Numbered from the stretch's first letter, positions 52,496 through 63,005 are shown. The stretch: DNA of 64,000 bases from an uncultured Clostridia bacterium (GCA_947589575.1 CANQBM010000008.1:918-64917); one strand, 5' to 3'. Notes: generated by a model from the sequence alone, not told the origin. Program-made: numbers and translations.

Positions 52496-53764
52496 TTACA
52501 CCTTTGTGGGATCTGCAATATAGCCTTTCAGCGCGGAAGCTGCGGCTACTGCAGGTGATGCAAGATAAATTTCAGACTTTGTATGTCCCATTCTGCCGAC
52601 GAAATTGCGGTTTGAGGTGGAAACCGCCCTTTCCCCCGACGCAAGAATACCCATATGGCCGCCGAGACACGGTCCGCAGGTAGGAGTAGAAACGATTGCG
52701 CCTGATTCAACAAAAATCTCAGCCAAGCCTTCTCTTATACACTGAAGGTAAATTGACTGCGTTGCGGGAATAACGATACAACGCACGCCCTTTGCAATCT
52801 TTTTGTTTTTTAGAATGGAAGCGGCAACACGCATATCCTCCATACGTCCGTTAGTGCAGGAACCGATAACGACCTGGTCGATTTCAATCCTGTCAAGCTC
52901 GTCAACGGTTTTAGTGTTTTCAGGAAGATGAGGACAAGCAACTGTCGGCTTAAGAGTGCTCAAATCAATTTCAACAACGCTGTCATATTCAGCATCTTCA
53001 TCAGCCTCATAAACCTTATATTCTCTCTTCGTTCTTCCCTTTACATATTGAGTCGTAATATCGTCAACAGGGAAAATTCCGTTTTTAGCACCGCACTCAA
53101 TAGCCATATTTGAGATACAAAGGCGGTCATCCATTGAAAGCTCCTTGATACCGTCGCCTGTAAACTCAAGCGATTTGTAAAGAGCGCCGTCAACACCGAT
53201 TTTACCTATAAGATGGAGAATAACGTCTTTACCACTGATAAAAGGGGCTTTCTTTCCCGTAATAACGACCTTAATGGCGGATGGCACCTTGAACCAAGCC
53301 TTGCCTGTTACCATTCCCGCCGCCATATCAGTTGAGCCTACGCCAGTTGAAAATGCGCCGAGAGCACCGTATGTACAGGTATGTGAATCAGCGCCGATAA
53401 CACAGTCGCCGCAGGTAACAATTCCCTGTTCGGGAAGAAGAGCATGCTCAATACCCATATTGCCGACATCGTAATAATGGAGTATATCATTTTGTTTGGC
53501 AAACTCTCTGACCTGCTTGCAGTTTTCTGCAGACTGAATATCCTTATTAGGCGTAAAATGATCCATAACAAGCGCAATTCTTGTTTTATCAAAAACAGTA
53601 TTCCTGCCAAACTTATTCATTTCATTAATTGCCACAGGAGACGTTACATCGTTTCCGAGCACCATATCCAAATCAGCCTCAATAAGCTGACCTGCAACAA
53701 CATTGTCAAGACCTGCATGAGCAGCAAGTATCTTTTGAGTCATCGTCATACCCATAAACTTCAC
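52496..53764 (-). CDS. leuC: 3-isopropylmalate dehydratase large subunit
   Basis: [34 protein letters not shown]. Confidence 0.95.
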   Translation of the reverse strand: MKFMGMTMTQKILAAHAGLDNVVAGQLIEADLDMVLGNDVTSPVAINEMNKFGRNTVFDKTRIALVMDHFTPNKDIQSAENCKQVREFAKQNDILHYYDVGNMGIEHALLPEQGIVTCGDCVIGADSHTCTYGALGAFSTGVGSTDMAAGMVTGKAWFKVPSAIKVVITGKKAPFISGKDVILHLIGKIGVDGALYKSLEFTGDGIKELSMDDRLCISNMAIECGAKNGIFPVDDITTQYVKGRTKREYKVYEADEDAEYDSVVEIDLSTLKPTVACPHLPENTKTVDELDRIEIDQVVIGSCTNGRMEDMRVAASILKNKKIAKGVRCIVIPATQSIYLQCIREGLAEIFVESGAIVSTPTCGPCLGGHMGILASGERAVSTSNRNFVGRMGHTKSEIYLASPAVAAASALKGYIADPTKV

Positions 53765-53776
53765 CTGATTTCCAAA

Positions 53777-54316
53777 TTAAATATCGTCGGTAAATGAGCC
53801 CTCTCCTCTTTCAAGCGAGGTCACACCCGTACGGGCAAGCTCAACAATACCGAAATCCTTAACCAAATCATTGACAAACATATCAATGGTTTCTCCCTTG
53901 CCCGTAAGCTCAAGAGTCATAGTTGTCATAGATACATCAAGCACACGTGCGCCGTACCGCATATTGAACGCAAGAAGCGAATTCTTCTGCTCAACACCCG
54001 CTGCTTTAACCTTAACGAGCAAAAGCTCAGACGAAACAGACCTTGTCGCCTCAAGCTCCGCTACCTTTTTAACTATTTCCAGCTTTAAGAGCTGGGTTTT
54101 AATCTGCCTTACGTTTTCAGGTTCAGTGTATGTTTCAATAGTCATACGTGAAAACGCGGGGTCTTCAGTTTCGCTTACAGTAAGCGAACTGATATTGTAG
54201 CCTCGTCTTGAAAAAAGGCTTGCCACACGCTGAAGCACACCCGCTGTATTATCAACAAGAACCGATAAAACAAGCTTTTCTTCTGCCATAGGACTGTCCT
54301 CCTTACATCTCTTCAA
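53777..54316 (-). CDS. ilvN: Acetolactate synthase small subunit
   Basis: ACT domain VLVDNTAGVLQRVASLFSRRGYNI; ELARTG; start probably 54289. Confidence 0.95.
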   Translation of the reverse strand: MKRCKEDSPMAEEKLVLSVLVDNTAGVLQRVASLFSRRGYNISSLTVSETEDPAFSRMTIETYTEPENVRQIKTQLLKLEIVKKVAELEATRSVSSELLLVKVKAAGVEQKNSLLAFNMRYGARVLDVSMTTMTLELTGKGETIDMFVNDLVKDFGIVELARTGVTSLERGEGSFTDDI

Positions 54317-55964
54317 TAATATCTGCAGCCGAACCGCCCGGCGGAATCATCGGAAGCACGTTTGAATCCGGCGAAATTCTGCAGTCAATAAGAACAGGCT
54401 CATTAAGGGAAAGAGCCTCTTTAAGAACAGCGTCAATCTCTTCATTAGTATTAATACGCATTCCCTTAATACCAAATGCCTCAGCAACCTTAACAAAATC
54501 TGTTACACGGTGAGGGTCGGTATCGGCAAATCGTCTGCCGTAAAAAATCTTCTGCCACTGGCGGACCATACCGAGAACAGTATTGTTCATAATAAACATA
54601 ATTACGGGAATATTGTATGACGCCATTGTTGCAAGTTCTGTCAAATTCATATGAAAACCGCCGTCGCCCGCAAACATAATAACACGTCTTCCCGGACATC
54701 CCACGGACGCGCCGATTGAAGCGCCCATTGAATATCCCATTGTTCCTAATCCGCCCGAGGTAAGAAGAGTACGCGGCTGTTTATATTTATAAAACTGAGC
54801 CGCCCACATTTGATGCTGGCCTACATCGGTAACAACAATCGTGTTTTCATCGGTTGCCTTGTCGACAGCCTCAATAAGAGTCTGCGGATTAACGTAATCA
54901 TCAATCTGAATCTGATTAAACGGACGTCTGAAGGAATTGATTTCATTCTTCCATTCTGTATGGTCGAGCTGTTCAATCGCCTGAGTAAGCTGCGGTAATA
55001 CTTCCTTAAGACTGCCTCTGAGATGATAGTTTGAATTAATATTTTTATCCATTTCAGCGGAATCAATATCAATATGTAATATCTCTGCATTAGGAGCAAA
55101 ACGCGCTCTGTTTCCTGCAACACGGTCGGAAAAGCGCGCGCCGGCAGTAATAAGTACATCACAGTCGTGCGCCGCCTTATTCGCCTCATATCTTCCGTGC
55201 ATACCTATAAAGCCCACGTGAAGCTCATGACCATTAGGAAAAGCGCCGAGTCCCATAAGAGATGATACAACGGGAGCGTCAAGCTTTTCGGCAAAGGTAA
55301 TAAGCTCCTTGCTTGCGTCTGACGATATGGCGCCGCCGCCTACATAAATGATAGGCTTTTTACAGTTTTTCAAAAGTTCAACAGCTCTGTCAAAGCATTT
55401 TGACTTAGGCTTAATAAAAACATCAGGCTCCTGCTTCGGCTGAGGCGTGTACTCACACTCCGCGGCAGTAATATCCTTTGGAATATCAACAAGTACCGGA
55501 CCCTTTCTGCCTGAAATTGCAATCTTAAATGCACGGCGTATTGTATCTGCAAGCTCCTCAACATTACTAACCATAAAATTATGCTTTGTAATAGGCATTG
55601 TTATACCCTTAATATCAACCTCCTGAAACGAATCGCGTCCGATAAGACTCGTTCCTACATTACAGGTGATTGCTACCATAGGAATCGAATCCATATGGGC
55701 AGTTGCAATACCTGTTACAAGGTTTGTCGAGCCCGGACCCGAAGTAGCAAAGCAAACGCCCACCTTGCCTGTTGCTCTGCTGTAGCCGTCTGCGGCATGA
55801 GACGCGCCCTGCTCGTGCGCCGTAAGAATATGTTTGAATGTATCTCCGTATTTATAAAGCTCATCAAATATATTTAAAATTGTTCCGCCCGGATAACCGA
55901 AAACAGTATCGACACCCTGTTCTTTCAGAACTTCAAGAACAATCTGGGAACCGTTAAGTTTCAT
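54303..55964 (-). CDS. ilvB: Acetolactate synthase large subunit
   Basis: FGYPGG, HEQGASH, TSGPG, DVGQHQMW, GDGGFHMN (TPP motif), LGMVRQWQ. Confidence 0.96.
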   Translation of the reverse strand: MKLNGSQIVLEVLKEQGVDTVFGYPGGTILNIFDELYKYGDTFKHILTAHEQGASHAADGYSRATGKVGVCFATSGPGSTNLVTGIATAHMDSIPMVAITCNVGTSLIGRDSFQEVDIKGITMPITKHNFMVSNVEELADTIRRAFKIAISGRKGPVLVDIPKDITAAECEYTPQPKQEPDVFIKPKSKCFDRAVELLKNCKKPIIYVGGGAISSDASKELITFAEKLDAPVVSSLMGLGAFPNGHELHVGFIGMHGRYEANKAAHDCDVLITAGARFSDRVAGNRARFAPNAEILHIDIDSAEMDKNINSNYHLRGSLKEVLPQLTQAIEQLDHTEWKNEINSFRRPFNQIQIDDYVNPQTLIEAVDKATDENTIVVTDVGQHQMWAAQFYKYKQPRTLLTSGGLGTMGYSMGASIGASVGCPGRRVIMFAGDGGFHMNLTELATMASYNIPVIMFIMNNTVLGMVRQWQKIFYGRRFADTDPHRVTDFVKVAEAFGIKGMRINTNEEIDAVLKEALSLNEPVLIDCRISPDSNVLPMIPPGGSAADIIEEM

Positions 55965-56128
55965 ATCGTACCTCTCCTACACAAGAAAAAATTATTAGAA
56001 ATATAATATATTATTTACACTCTAAAGTCAAGAGTTAATCCATGTTAAAATCGCACTTGTAAACAGATAATTTTTGTTATATAATAGGCTGAATCAGATT
56101 ACGAACAGCAAATCATAAGGAGATAATT

Positions 56129-57223
56129 ATGAAGCTTGGTATTGTAGGTTTGCCGAATGTCGGCAAAAGCACGCTTTTCAACGCTATTACTAATGCGGGA
56201 GCGCAAAGCGCCAACTACCCTTTCTGCACAATCGAGCCGAACGTCGGCATGGTTAGCGTTCCCGATGAACGTCTTGACAAGCTTGCCGAGATGTATCATC
56301 CCGACAAGTTCACTCCGGCTACTATTGAATTTGTTGACATTGCGGGTCTTGTAAAAGGCGCTTCAAAAGGCGAGGGCTTAGGAAACAAATTTCTTTCGCA
56401 CATAAGAGAAGTAGATGCGGTAATTCACGTTGTACGCTGCTTTGAAAACGATGACATAACCCACGTTGACGGCAGCATTGACCCCGAAAGAGACATTGAA
56501 ACAATTAATCTTGAACTTATTCTTTCAGACCTTGATATTCTTTCAAGAAGAATAGACTCACGCAAAAAAGCAATGAAAGGCGACAAAACTCTTGCGGGAG
56601 AAATTGCTTTTCTTGAAAGACTGCAAAGCGAAATGGAGCAGGGAAAAACCGCAAGAAGCGTTGAAATTTCAGATGAGGAACAGGAATACTTAAAAGAGAT
56701 TTCACTCCTGACAATAAAGCCCGTAATATATGCCTGCAATATGGGAGAGGACGATTTTTCAAACGGAATTGAAAACAATAAATTTTACAAAACGGTTGAG
56801 GAAATTTCAAAATCGGAGGGCGCGGAAACGCTTCCCATCTGCGCCGAAATGGAAGCTGAAATTGCACAGCTTGACGAGGACGAAAAAGAGCTTTTCCTTG
56901 CCGATATGGGACTTGAAAAAAGCGGACTTGACAGGCTTATCAAAAAAAGCTACTCCCTGCTTGGTCTTATTTCATATCTGACCGCGGGCAAACCTGAGGT
57001 AAGGGCGTGGACAATCAAAAAAGGTACCAAGGCGCCTCAGGCGGCAGGTAAAATTCATACGGATTTTGAAAGAGGATTTATCAGAGCGGAGGTAGTTTCC
57101 TTTGATGATTTAATTGAATGCGGCAGTATGAATGCGGCTAAGGAAAAGGGACTTGTACGCTCCGAGGGTAAGGATTATATAATGAAAGACGGAGATATTG
57201 TTCTTTTCCGTTTTAATGTTTAA
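56129..57223 (+). CDS. ychF: Redox-regulated ATPase YchF
   Basis: [48 protein letters not shown]. Confidence 0.97.
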   Translation: MKLGIVGLPNVGKSTLFNAITNAGAQSANYPFCTIEPNVGMVSVPDERLDKLAEMYHPDKFTPATIEFVDIAGLVKGASKGEGLGNKFLSHIREVDAVIHVVRCFENDDITHVDGSIDPERDIETINLELILSDLDILSRRIDSRKKAMKGDKTLAGEIAFLERLQSEMEQGKTARSVEISDEEQEYLKEISLLTIKPVIYACNMGEDDFSNGIENNKFYKTVEEISKSEGAETLPICAEMEAEIAQLDEDEKELFLADMGLEKSGLDRLIKKSYSLLGLISYLTAGKPEVRAWTIKKGTKAPQAAGKIHTDFERGFIRAEVVSFDDLIECGSMNAAKEKGLVRSEGKDYIMKDGDIVLFRFNV

Positions 57224-57243
57224 AAAACTAATATTGATATTGA

Positions 57244-57273
57244 AAATCCGATTTCTTTTATGAAATCGGATTT
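57244..57273 (+). terminator. Probable terminator after ychF
   Basis: AAATCCGATTTC-6 nt-GAAATCGGATTT. Confidence 0.7.
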
Positions 57274-57327
57274 AACTCTTTTTAGTGGAATTGTTCAATA
57301 AATTTTATAAAATGTTTAATAATTTTG

Positions 57328-57356
57328 TTGACATTTGTGTGGAATATTGGTATTAT
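57328..57356 (+). promoter_or_regulatory. Sigma-A promoter of sigH-like gene
   Basis: TTGACA (57328-57333)-17 nt-TATTAT (57351-57356). Confidence 0.75.
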
Positions 57357-57378
57357 AGTAGTAAGGTGGGAGAGAATT

Positions 57379-57951
57379 ATGTCTGAGTTTAATATAAAAA
57401 CTAATGACGAAATTCTTTCAAATGCGCAATCCGGCGACAATGTTCAAATGGAAATTGCGATTGAAAAATACAGACCTTTTGTTGAGCTTGCTGCCCTAAA
57501 GTATAAAGATTCCCCTCTTGAGTATGAGGACATTATACAGGAAGGCATGATAGGTCTTTTAGCTGCCATTAAATCATATGACAGTAAAAAAGGCGCCTCT
57601 TTTAAAACTTATGCAAAAATCTGTATTGACAATTCAATCCAGACAGCTCTCAGAAAATTCAACAGGCAAAAGGATATTCCTGCTCAAAATTTTATTGAAT
57701 ATCAGGAGGAAGAACTGCCTTTTCAAAACGGAGCTGCCAGCGCAGAGGACATTGTCATTGCTCAAGAAAGCGTTTCACTGTTGACTAAAGTTCTTCATGA
57801 AAATCTCTCAGATTTTGAAAACGAGGTCTTAAGACTGCACATCGTCGGTTGCAGCTACAATGAAATTGCCAAAAGATTATGCAAAACACCTAAAGCAATC
57901 GATAATGCTTTACAACGTGTAAGGAAGAAATTAACAGGTATTTCTTTGTAG
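57379..57951 (+). CDS. sigH: Sigma-H-like RNA polymerase sigma factor
   Basis: EDIIQEGMIGLLAAI, SFKTYAKICI, LSDFENEVL, SYNEIA, KAIDNALQRVRKKL; start moved to ATG 57379. Confidence 0.8.
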   Translation: MSEFNIKTNDEILSNAQSGDNVQMEIAIEKYRPFVELAALKYKDSPLEYEDIIQEGMIGLLAAIKSYDSKKGASFKTYAKICIDNSIQTALRKFNRQKDIPAQNFIEYQEEELPFQNGAASAEDIVIAQESVSLLTKVLHENLSDFENEVLRLHIVGCSYNEIAKRLCKTPKAIDNALQRVRKKLTGISL

Positions 57952-57990
57952 CACACAAATCCGACAATTAACTTTTGAGAGGTGAAAATT

Positions 57991-58269
57991 ATGTTCGAAG
58001 ACAAAACATTGATTTGTAAGGACTGCGGAAATGAATTTGTTTTCACAGCGGGCGAACAGGAATTCTATGCAGAGAAAGGCTTTGTAAACGAGCCCCAAAG
58101 ATGCAAAGAGTGCCGTGACAAAAGAAAAGCCGCACGCAGAGCGCCGCGTGAATATCACGACGCAGTATGCGCATCCTGCGGAAAAGAGTGTCAGGTTCCG
58201 TTTGCTCCAAACGGCGAACGTCCCGTTTACTGCAGCGAATGTTTTGCAAAAATGAAAGAAGAGGGATAA
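57991..58269 (+). CDS. Double zinc-ribbon protein (zf-trcl plus CxxC-x17-CxxC)
   Basis: DKTLICKDCG..FTAGEQEFY..KG..NEPQRCKEC; CASCG...PVYCSEC; RBS GAGGTG before ATG 57991. Confidence 0.85.
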   Translation: MFEDKTLICKDCGNEFVFTAGEQEFYAEKGFVNEPQRCKECRDKRKAARRAPREYHDAVCASCGKECQVPFAPNGERPVYCSECFAKMKEEG

Positions 58270-58324
58270 GCCCTCTGTTTTACGAAAGGCTCTTTATTGA
58301 GTCTTTCTTTTTTTTAAAAATTTC

Positions 58325-58353
58325 TTGACATATTATTTTTGCTGTGTTAATAT
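58325..58353 (+). promoter_or_regulatory. Sigma-A promoter of tRNA-Ser(TGA)
   Basis: TTGACA-17 nt-TAATAT with TGn extension. Confidence 0.75.
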
Positions 58354-58368
58354 TATTGAGCAATAAAC

Positions 58369-58457
58369 GCAGAGGTATCGAAGCGGTCATAACGAGGCGG
58401 TCTTGAAAACCGTTTGTCCGAAAGGGCGCGTGGGTTCGAATCCCACCCTCTGCGCCA
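58369..58457 (+). tRNA. tRNA-Ser(TGA)
   Basis: 89 nt with long variable arm; anticodon loop CT TGA AA; encoded CCA. Confidence 0.95.
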
Positions 58458-58490
58458 AAAAAAAGAAGTCGTTTTTACGACTTCTTTTTT
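58457..58490. terminator. Bidirectional terminator (tRNA-Ser / acyltransferase)
   Basis: AAAAAAAAGAAGTCGT-TTTT-ACGACTTCTTTTTT. Confidence 0.85.
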
Positions 58491-58497
58491 ATTTTTA

Positions 58498-59643
58498 TTA
58501 TTTAGAAAACAGCTTTTTATCGACCCATACAATCAAATCGTTGTAATGCAAAATCTTTTTTAAAAATTCAACAACTATTGATATTGCTACCGAAACAATT
58601 AAAAGTATAACCGGAATAAGAATTGCATTCTTAACCGAATAAAGCAAATCGTTAAGATACACATATCTGATAAAGGTATGAATCAAAAAGATATTTAATG
58701 AGTGGCTTCCGATAAACATAAGCGCTTTATTGACAATGGGAATCCTTTTTAAGTATCTGTTTGCAAAAAGAATAACAATCACGGGTGAAATGCAGTAGTT
58801 GAATTCCCAAATCTTTTCCCTGCCGAACTTATGTGTAATAACAACAATCAGGAAAAAGGCAAGCATATAAACAAAAAACAATATTATATCCGAAAGGATT
58901 TTGCTCTTTTTAAAAAGCGTAAATTTATTAACCCTTGAAAAAACGTCATACTTTGCAAAAGCCATACCAAGAATATATGCCAGGAAAAAAGAAAATATGT
59001 TTTTACTCCCCGGAAAACCCATACCCATAATTCTCGGAAAAAGCATAAAAGCAGCACCGATAACAAAGAAACTAAAGCGTTCACCGAGTCGGCATATAAG
59101 AGGGAAAAATACTGTCATTATAACGACCGCGCTCATATACCACCAAGTGCCTACAAGAGAGGGTGTTCCGACAATATGGGAAATTCCGAGAAAATCAATT
59201 ACCGCCCATAACCAGCTCCCCTCAATCTTTGTCTGCGATGTAACATAACAGATAAGCGGGCGTTGGTCTATCGCATACGTTATGATAAACACAAGAATAT
59301 ATACAAACCAGAAACCGCCTAGAACTTTAAGCAGTCTTTCACCCGTCCAGTTAAAAACAGACCTGTTGTCAAGTCTTATTTGACTGAATGATTTATAAAA
59401 CCCATATGCTGTAATAAATACAAACATACCCACGCACAACTTAAAAGAGTCGCAAACCATCAATGGCCAGTGGTATGATTCAAAAGGGAAAAAATTAAAT
59501 ACGTGCCTTTTAATCTCTGTTACTGAAATAGAATGGTGAAACATTAACAGCACAATCGCAACACCTTTTACAAGCATAGAATCATACTTTGAAAATGAGC
59601 TTGACCGAGCTGCTCTTTCAACATCTGCTTTTCTGATAATCAT
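58498..59643 (-). CDS. Acyltransferase-3 (OafA-like) integral membrane O-acyltransferase
   Basis: KGVAIVLLMFHH, VGMFVFITAYG, WWYMSA, IGSHSLNIFLIH; about 10 TM segments; own TTGACA-17-TATAAT promoter upstream. Confidence 0.85.
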   Translation of the reverse strand: MIIRKADVERAARSSSFSKYDSMLVKGVAIVLLMFHHSISVTEIKRHVFNFFPFESYHWPLMVCDSFKLCVGMFVFITAYGFYKSFSQIRLDNRSVFNWTGERLLKVLGGFWFVYILVFIITYAIDQRPLICYVTSQTKIEGSWLWAVIDFLGISHIVGTPSLVGTWWYMSAVVIMTVFFPLICRLGERFSFFVIGAAFMLFPRIMGMGFPGSKNIFSFFLAYILGMAFAKYDVFSRVNKFTLFKKSKILSDIILFFVYMLAFFLIVVITHKFGREKIWEFNYCISPVIVILFANRYLKRIPIVNKALMFIGSHSLNIFLIHTFIRYVYLNDLLYSVKNAILIPVILLIVSVAISIVVEFLKKILHYNDLIVWVDKKLFSK

Positions 59644-59760
59644 TTTGATTTCCTCAATTAAATTTTGATGATTTCATATTTTAATAATTGAGTTTATTAT
59701 ATTTTAAAATGGATAATATGTCAATATTTCGATTTTACGTAGTATTCTATAAACGAATGA

Positions 59761-61584
59761 TCAACCTGCATAATTGAGCTTTTCCCTATTACTTCCGTCA
59801 AATCTTAAGCGATAATTAGGACCTCCCTGAATATCGAGATTAAGTTTGCAATAAATCCATTCACCTGCAATGTTTATAGAAGCTACTTTTTCATCTGTCA
59901 GCTTTTTCTTGTTGCTTCCGTCAAGCTTTACGCTGTACATTCTGTTGCTATCGTCTGTATTTGAATAGTAAATCGTGTCACCTGCAACATTTAAATCAAA
60001 AGCAGAATCATCATTGACTTTGTGATTATCAGTTCCATCGGTTTTTACAGCATATATTTTGTCGTCATCATTTTTGTTCAAATAATAAATCCAGTTATCG
60101 AGAACATTAATATCATACGTTTCGCAATCAATAATCTTGTGACTGTTGCTCCCGTCTGTTTTCATGGCATATATCTTGTAACCGTCATTTTTATTGTTAT
60201 AATAAATCAAATCATCAACAACAGCTATAATATAATTATCAAAAATCTTTTGCTTATTACTTCCGTCAGTTTTCATAACAAACGATTTGTAGTTTTCATC
60301 ACAATACCATGTTGAATAATAAATATTTTCACCCACAACGCTCATAGAAATGGGTTCATCATCACTTATCTTATGATTATTAGCTCCATCTGTCATAACA
60401 GCGTATATACCACCATAACCATTATAATACACATAATTGTCAACAACGTTAATAAAAGGCATAAGCAGATTGCAATTTTTGCTCAGCTTTTTCCTTTCGG
60501 TTCCGTCAGTCTTTATGCGGTATAAATTATAAGTTTCTCCCAACGAATCGCAATAATAAATATAATCGCCCTGTAAAGCCGCATAACCACAATTGTCAAG
60601 ATTTCCTGATGTGTTTCCGGCAATATCTACCACTTTATTTTCCGGTTCTGTTTCAGTTGTACTTTCCGTAACAGTTGAGTTTACCATAGTTTCGGGCGCA
60701 AGATTATTTTGTTCAAGGTTTAATCGTGTGCCGGCAAACACACCGCCCGACACAAGAACTGCTGCGCTCAAAACTCCGGCAATCACCTTAGACGCCGTTG
60801 TTTTGAACAGCTTTTTTGAAAGTGAAATTTTGGCATTAGATAAAGCATTATCAGTAACACCGAAAGTCGTTTCAGCAGGGCTGTTATAACTGCGCGTAAT
60901 AGAGGCTGCACCGTTCACAATAGTTGAAAAAGACGGATGCAGCATAGTATTTGGAATATGCTTTGAAAGAATAGTGCCAAGAAGAGGAATTGCAGCCGCA
61001 GAATGAAGCTGAATATTGTCCCTTTTTTCAATTGCTTCTATTTCATCACGAATTTTCTTTCGTGCATAATTCAGACGGCTTTTAACCGTCCCTTCACTGC
61101 ATTCAAGAAAATCAGCAATCTCCGAAACCGATTTTTCATCATAATAATAGAGAATAATACATACCCTCTGCTCGTCAGGCAGGCGGTCAATAATTTCATT
61201 TATTATTTTATGTATTTCTGAATTATCAACTATCTCCTGCGCGTTTTCCGCTTTATTATCTTCAATATCAAATTCAAAACCATCCGCTTTATCATATTGA
61301 GAGAAAAGAACAGGCTTTGACTTTTTCAGATAATTTTTACATTTGTTAGCCGCAATGCTTTTAAGCCAGCTTTCAAAAACAAAAGCATTATTAAGTGTAT
61401 TCAAACTTTTAAATGCGGCTACAAATGTTTCCTGAGTAATATCACCTGCATCCTCTCTGTTTTTGAGAAGTTTAAAGCAGAGATAGTAAATTCTGCTGTA
61501 ATATTCCTCATATAAAACAGAAAAGGCTTGTGAGTCACCGCTTACAGCTTTCTGAATTAAATCGATTAGTTCTGTTTTTTCCAT
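59761..61584 (-). CDS. ECF-type sigma factor fused to a TM helix and a DUF5050-like beta-propeller
   Basis: Region 2 (DAGDITQETF, WLKSIAANKCKNYLKK); region 4 (LPDEQR..YYYDEKSVSEIA...GTVKSRLNYARKK); TM VIAGVLSAAVLVSGGVFA; seven IYY...Y..KTDG repeats; RBS AAGAGG supports start 61584. Confidence 0.85.
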   Translation of the reverse strand: MEKTELIDLIQKAVSGDSQAFSVLYEEYYSRIYYLCFKLLKNREDAGDITQETFVAAFKSLNTLNNAFVFESWLKSIAANKCKNYLKKSKPVLFSQYDKADGFEFDIEDNKAENAQEIVDNSEIHKIINEIIDRLPDEQRVCIILYYYDEKSVSEIADFLECSEGTVKSRLNYARKKIRDEIEAIEKRDNIQLHSAAAIPLLGTILSKHIPNTMLHPSFSTIVNGAASITRSYNSPAETTFGVTDNALSNAKISLSKKLFKTTASKVIAGVLSAAVLVSGGVFAGTRLNLEQNNLAPETMVNSTVTESTTETEPENKVVDIAGNTSGNLDNCGYAALQGDYIYYCDSLGETYNLYRIKTDGTERKKLSKNCNLLMPFINVVDNYVYYNGYGGIYAVMTDGANNHKISDDEPISMSVVGENIYYSTWYCDENYKSFVMKTDGSNKQKIFDNYIIAVVDDLIYYNNKNDGYKIYAMKTDGSNSHKIIDCETYDINVLDNWIYYLNKNDDDKIYAVKTDGTDNHKVNDDSAFDLNVAGDTIYYSNTDDSNRMYSVKLDGSNKKKLTDEKVASINIAGEWIYCKLNLDIQGGPNYRLRFDGSNREKLNYAG

Positions 61585-61705
61585 ACTTGTCCTCTTATAC
61601 AGTATCTTATTATAATTATAACACAAATAACATTACTTGCAATAAATATAAAATTAAGACATTTTAATTTTGTTATTTAGTATAATTTTATACATCTATT
61701 ATTAT

Positions 61706-62482
61706 TTAATCTAGTAAAATAACAGCTTGTACTTCGTCTCCGTCATGCAAATATGTATAGATAGAAGCGGGTTCACCATTGACAAAAAGTTCTGCAAGCT
61801 CATATCTATAATTTAGAAAACTTGATGAACCATATGAAATTGCATCAAATAGGCAAATAGTTTTAGTATATTGTCCAACAGTTTGATTCTTCTGTTTTGC
61901 TAAAAATTGAGAGGCAGCAAAACTACTTAATCCATATACTGTTGCGGTTGTATTTTTCCATGGCACATCTGTTAAATCTATAAAGTTAAGCCCGCTGATG
62001 TCAGTAATCTTATCCGGATACAGCTCGCCTAACTTTTTTATATCATAATACAATCCCCTATCTATTTGGCAAACGCTGAAATGTGCTATGCCTGTTGTAT
62101 CACCCTGCGCCGCAGTGGTACTGCTGACACTGGATGTATTTTCCGAATTTGCAGAACTCCTGTCGCCTGATGAATCTAATTCAAATATCGCTAATAAAAC
62201 AATGCCAATTAATGCTAAAATAACTACAATGAATATTCCCATTGTACCTTTTTTAGATAATTTTCCAGGCGTTTTTTGAAATTCTATTGATTCATCGGAG
62301 CTTTCTGTTATATTAGTATCAGATTCTGCCATTTTACTGTCATTGCCGCCGGTTTCATTATTTACCAAAAAATTTTCAGACTGATTTTCCGCATCATCCG
62401 ATAAAGTTACATTCGTACCGCAGTCCGGGCAAAAAACAGTATCGTCCTCTAATTTGTTACCACATACTTCACAAAATTTCAT
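61706..62482 (-). CDS. Zinc-ribbon, single-TM membrane protein
   Basis: MKFCEVCG...FCPDCG ribbon, acidic linker, TM GIFIVVILALIGIVLLAIF, Ser/Thr linker, unknown C-terminal domain; start likely ATG 62482. Confidence 0.75.
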   Translation of the reverse strand: MKFCEVCGNKLEDDTVFCPDCGTNVTLSDDAENQSENFLVNNETGGNDSKMAESDTNITESSDESIEFQKTPGKLSKKGTMGIFIVVILALIGIVLLAIFELDSSGDRSSANSENTSSVSSTTAAQGDTTGIAHFSVCQIDRGLYYDIKKLGELYPDKITDISGLNFIDLTDVPWKNTTATVYGLSSFAASQFLAKQKNQTVGQYTKTICLFDAISYGSSSFLNYRYELAELFVNGEPASIYTYLHDGDEVQAVILLD

Positions 62483-62513
62483 ATTTCTATTGCCTTTCCG
62501 TAAATTGCTCAAC

Positions 62514-63005
62514 TCACTTTTTCATAAACAATTTTACTATAGGGTATATGATTACATAAGCTATAATTGCAAAAATAGGTATGAAAATATATGTAATAAA
62601 ATGCATTCTCCAATCCTGCAAATGAAATATTCCCATAATTATTTCATCAATACCACTTAAAAACGCCGCCCAAAAGCCTATAATACACGATATAAATCCG
62701 GCAATACCTTTGGGCAGCCACTTATTTTCTTCCTCTCGTTGCTTGTTTGCAGCTTCAGTAATTTCCCTGCAGTACGCCTCGTGTGACGGCAGAACCTCCC
62801 ACTGATCCAACGGAATCTCTCTGAAAAATGCCACAACCTTTGTCTGATTATTGATAAATTCAAGGCGCTCCTTTTCATAATTATACCGATAAAAACCGTT
62901 AGACTGCGTGTATATCGGTATTGACACCTTTGATGTGCCTCCGGTTGTAAATTTGTTTGTTTCATTTTCGTTCTGATTTAATTCATTTAATTCTGATTTT
63001 TCCAT
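62514..63005 (-). CDS. Hypothetical protein with two C-terminal TM helices
   Basis: RBS GAAAGGG before ATG; two hydrophobic segments at the C-terminus. Confidence 0.7.
   Translation of the reverse strand: MEKSELNELNQNENETNKFTTGGTSKVSIPIYTQSNGFYRYNYEKERLEFINNQTKVVAFFREIPLDQWEVLPSHEAYCREITEAANKQREEENKWLPKGIAGFISCIIGFWAAFLSGIDEIIMGIFHLQDWRMHFITYIFIPIFAIIAYVIIYPIVKLFMKK

Noticed and set aside
55990-56004. CodY-like box near the ilvB promoter
   Set aside because: Four mismatches to AATTTTCWGAAAATT in very AT-rich DNA; plausible biologically but not supportable from sequence alone.
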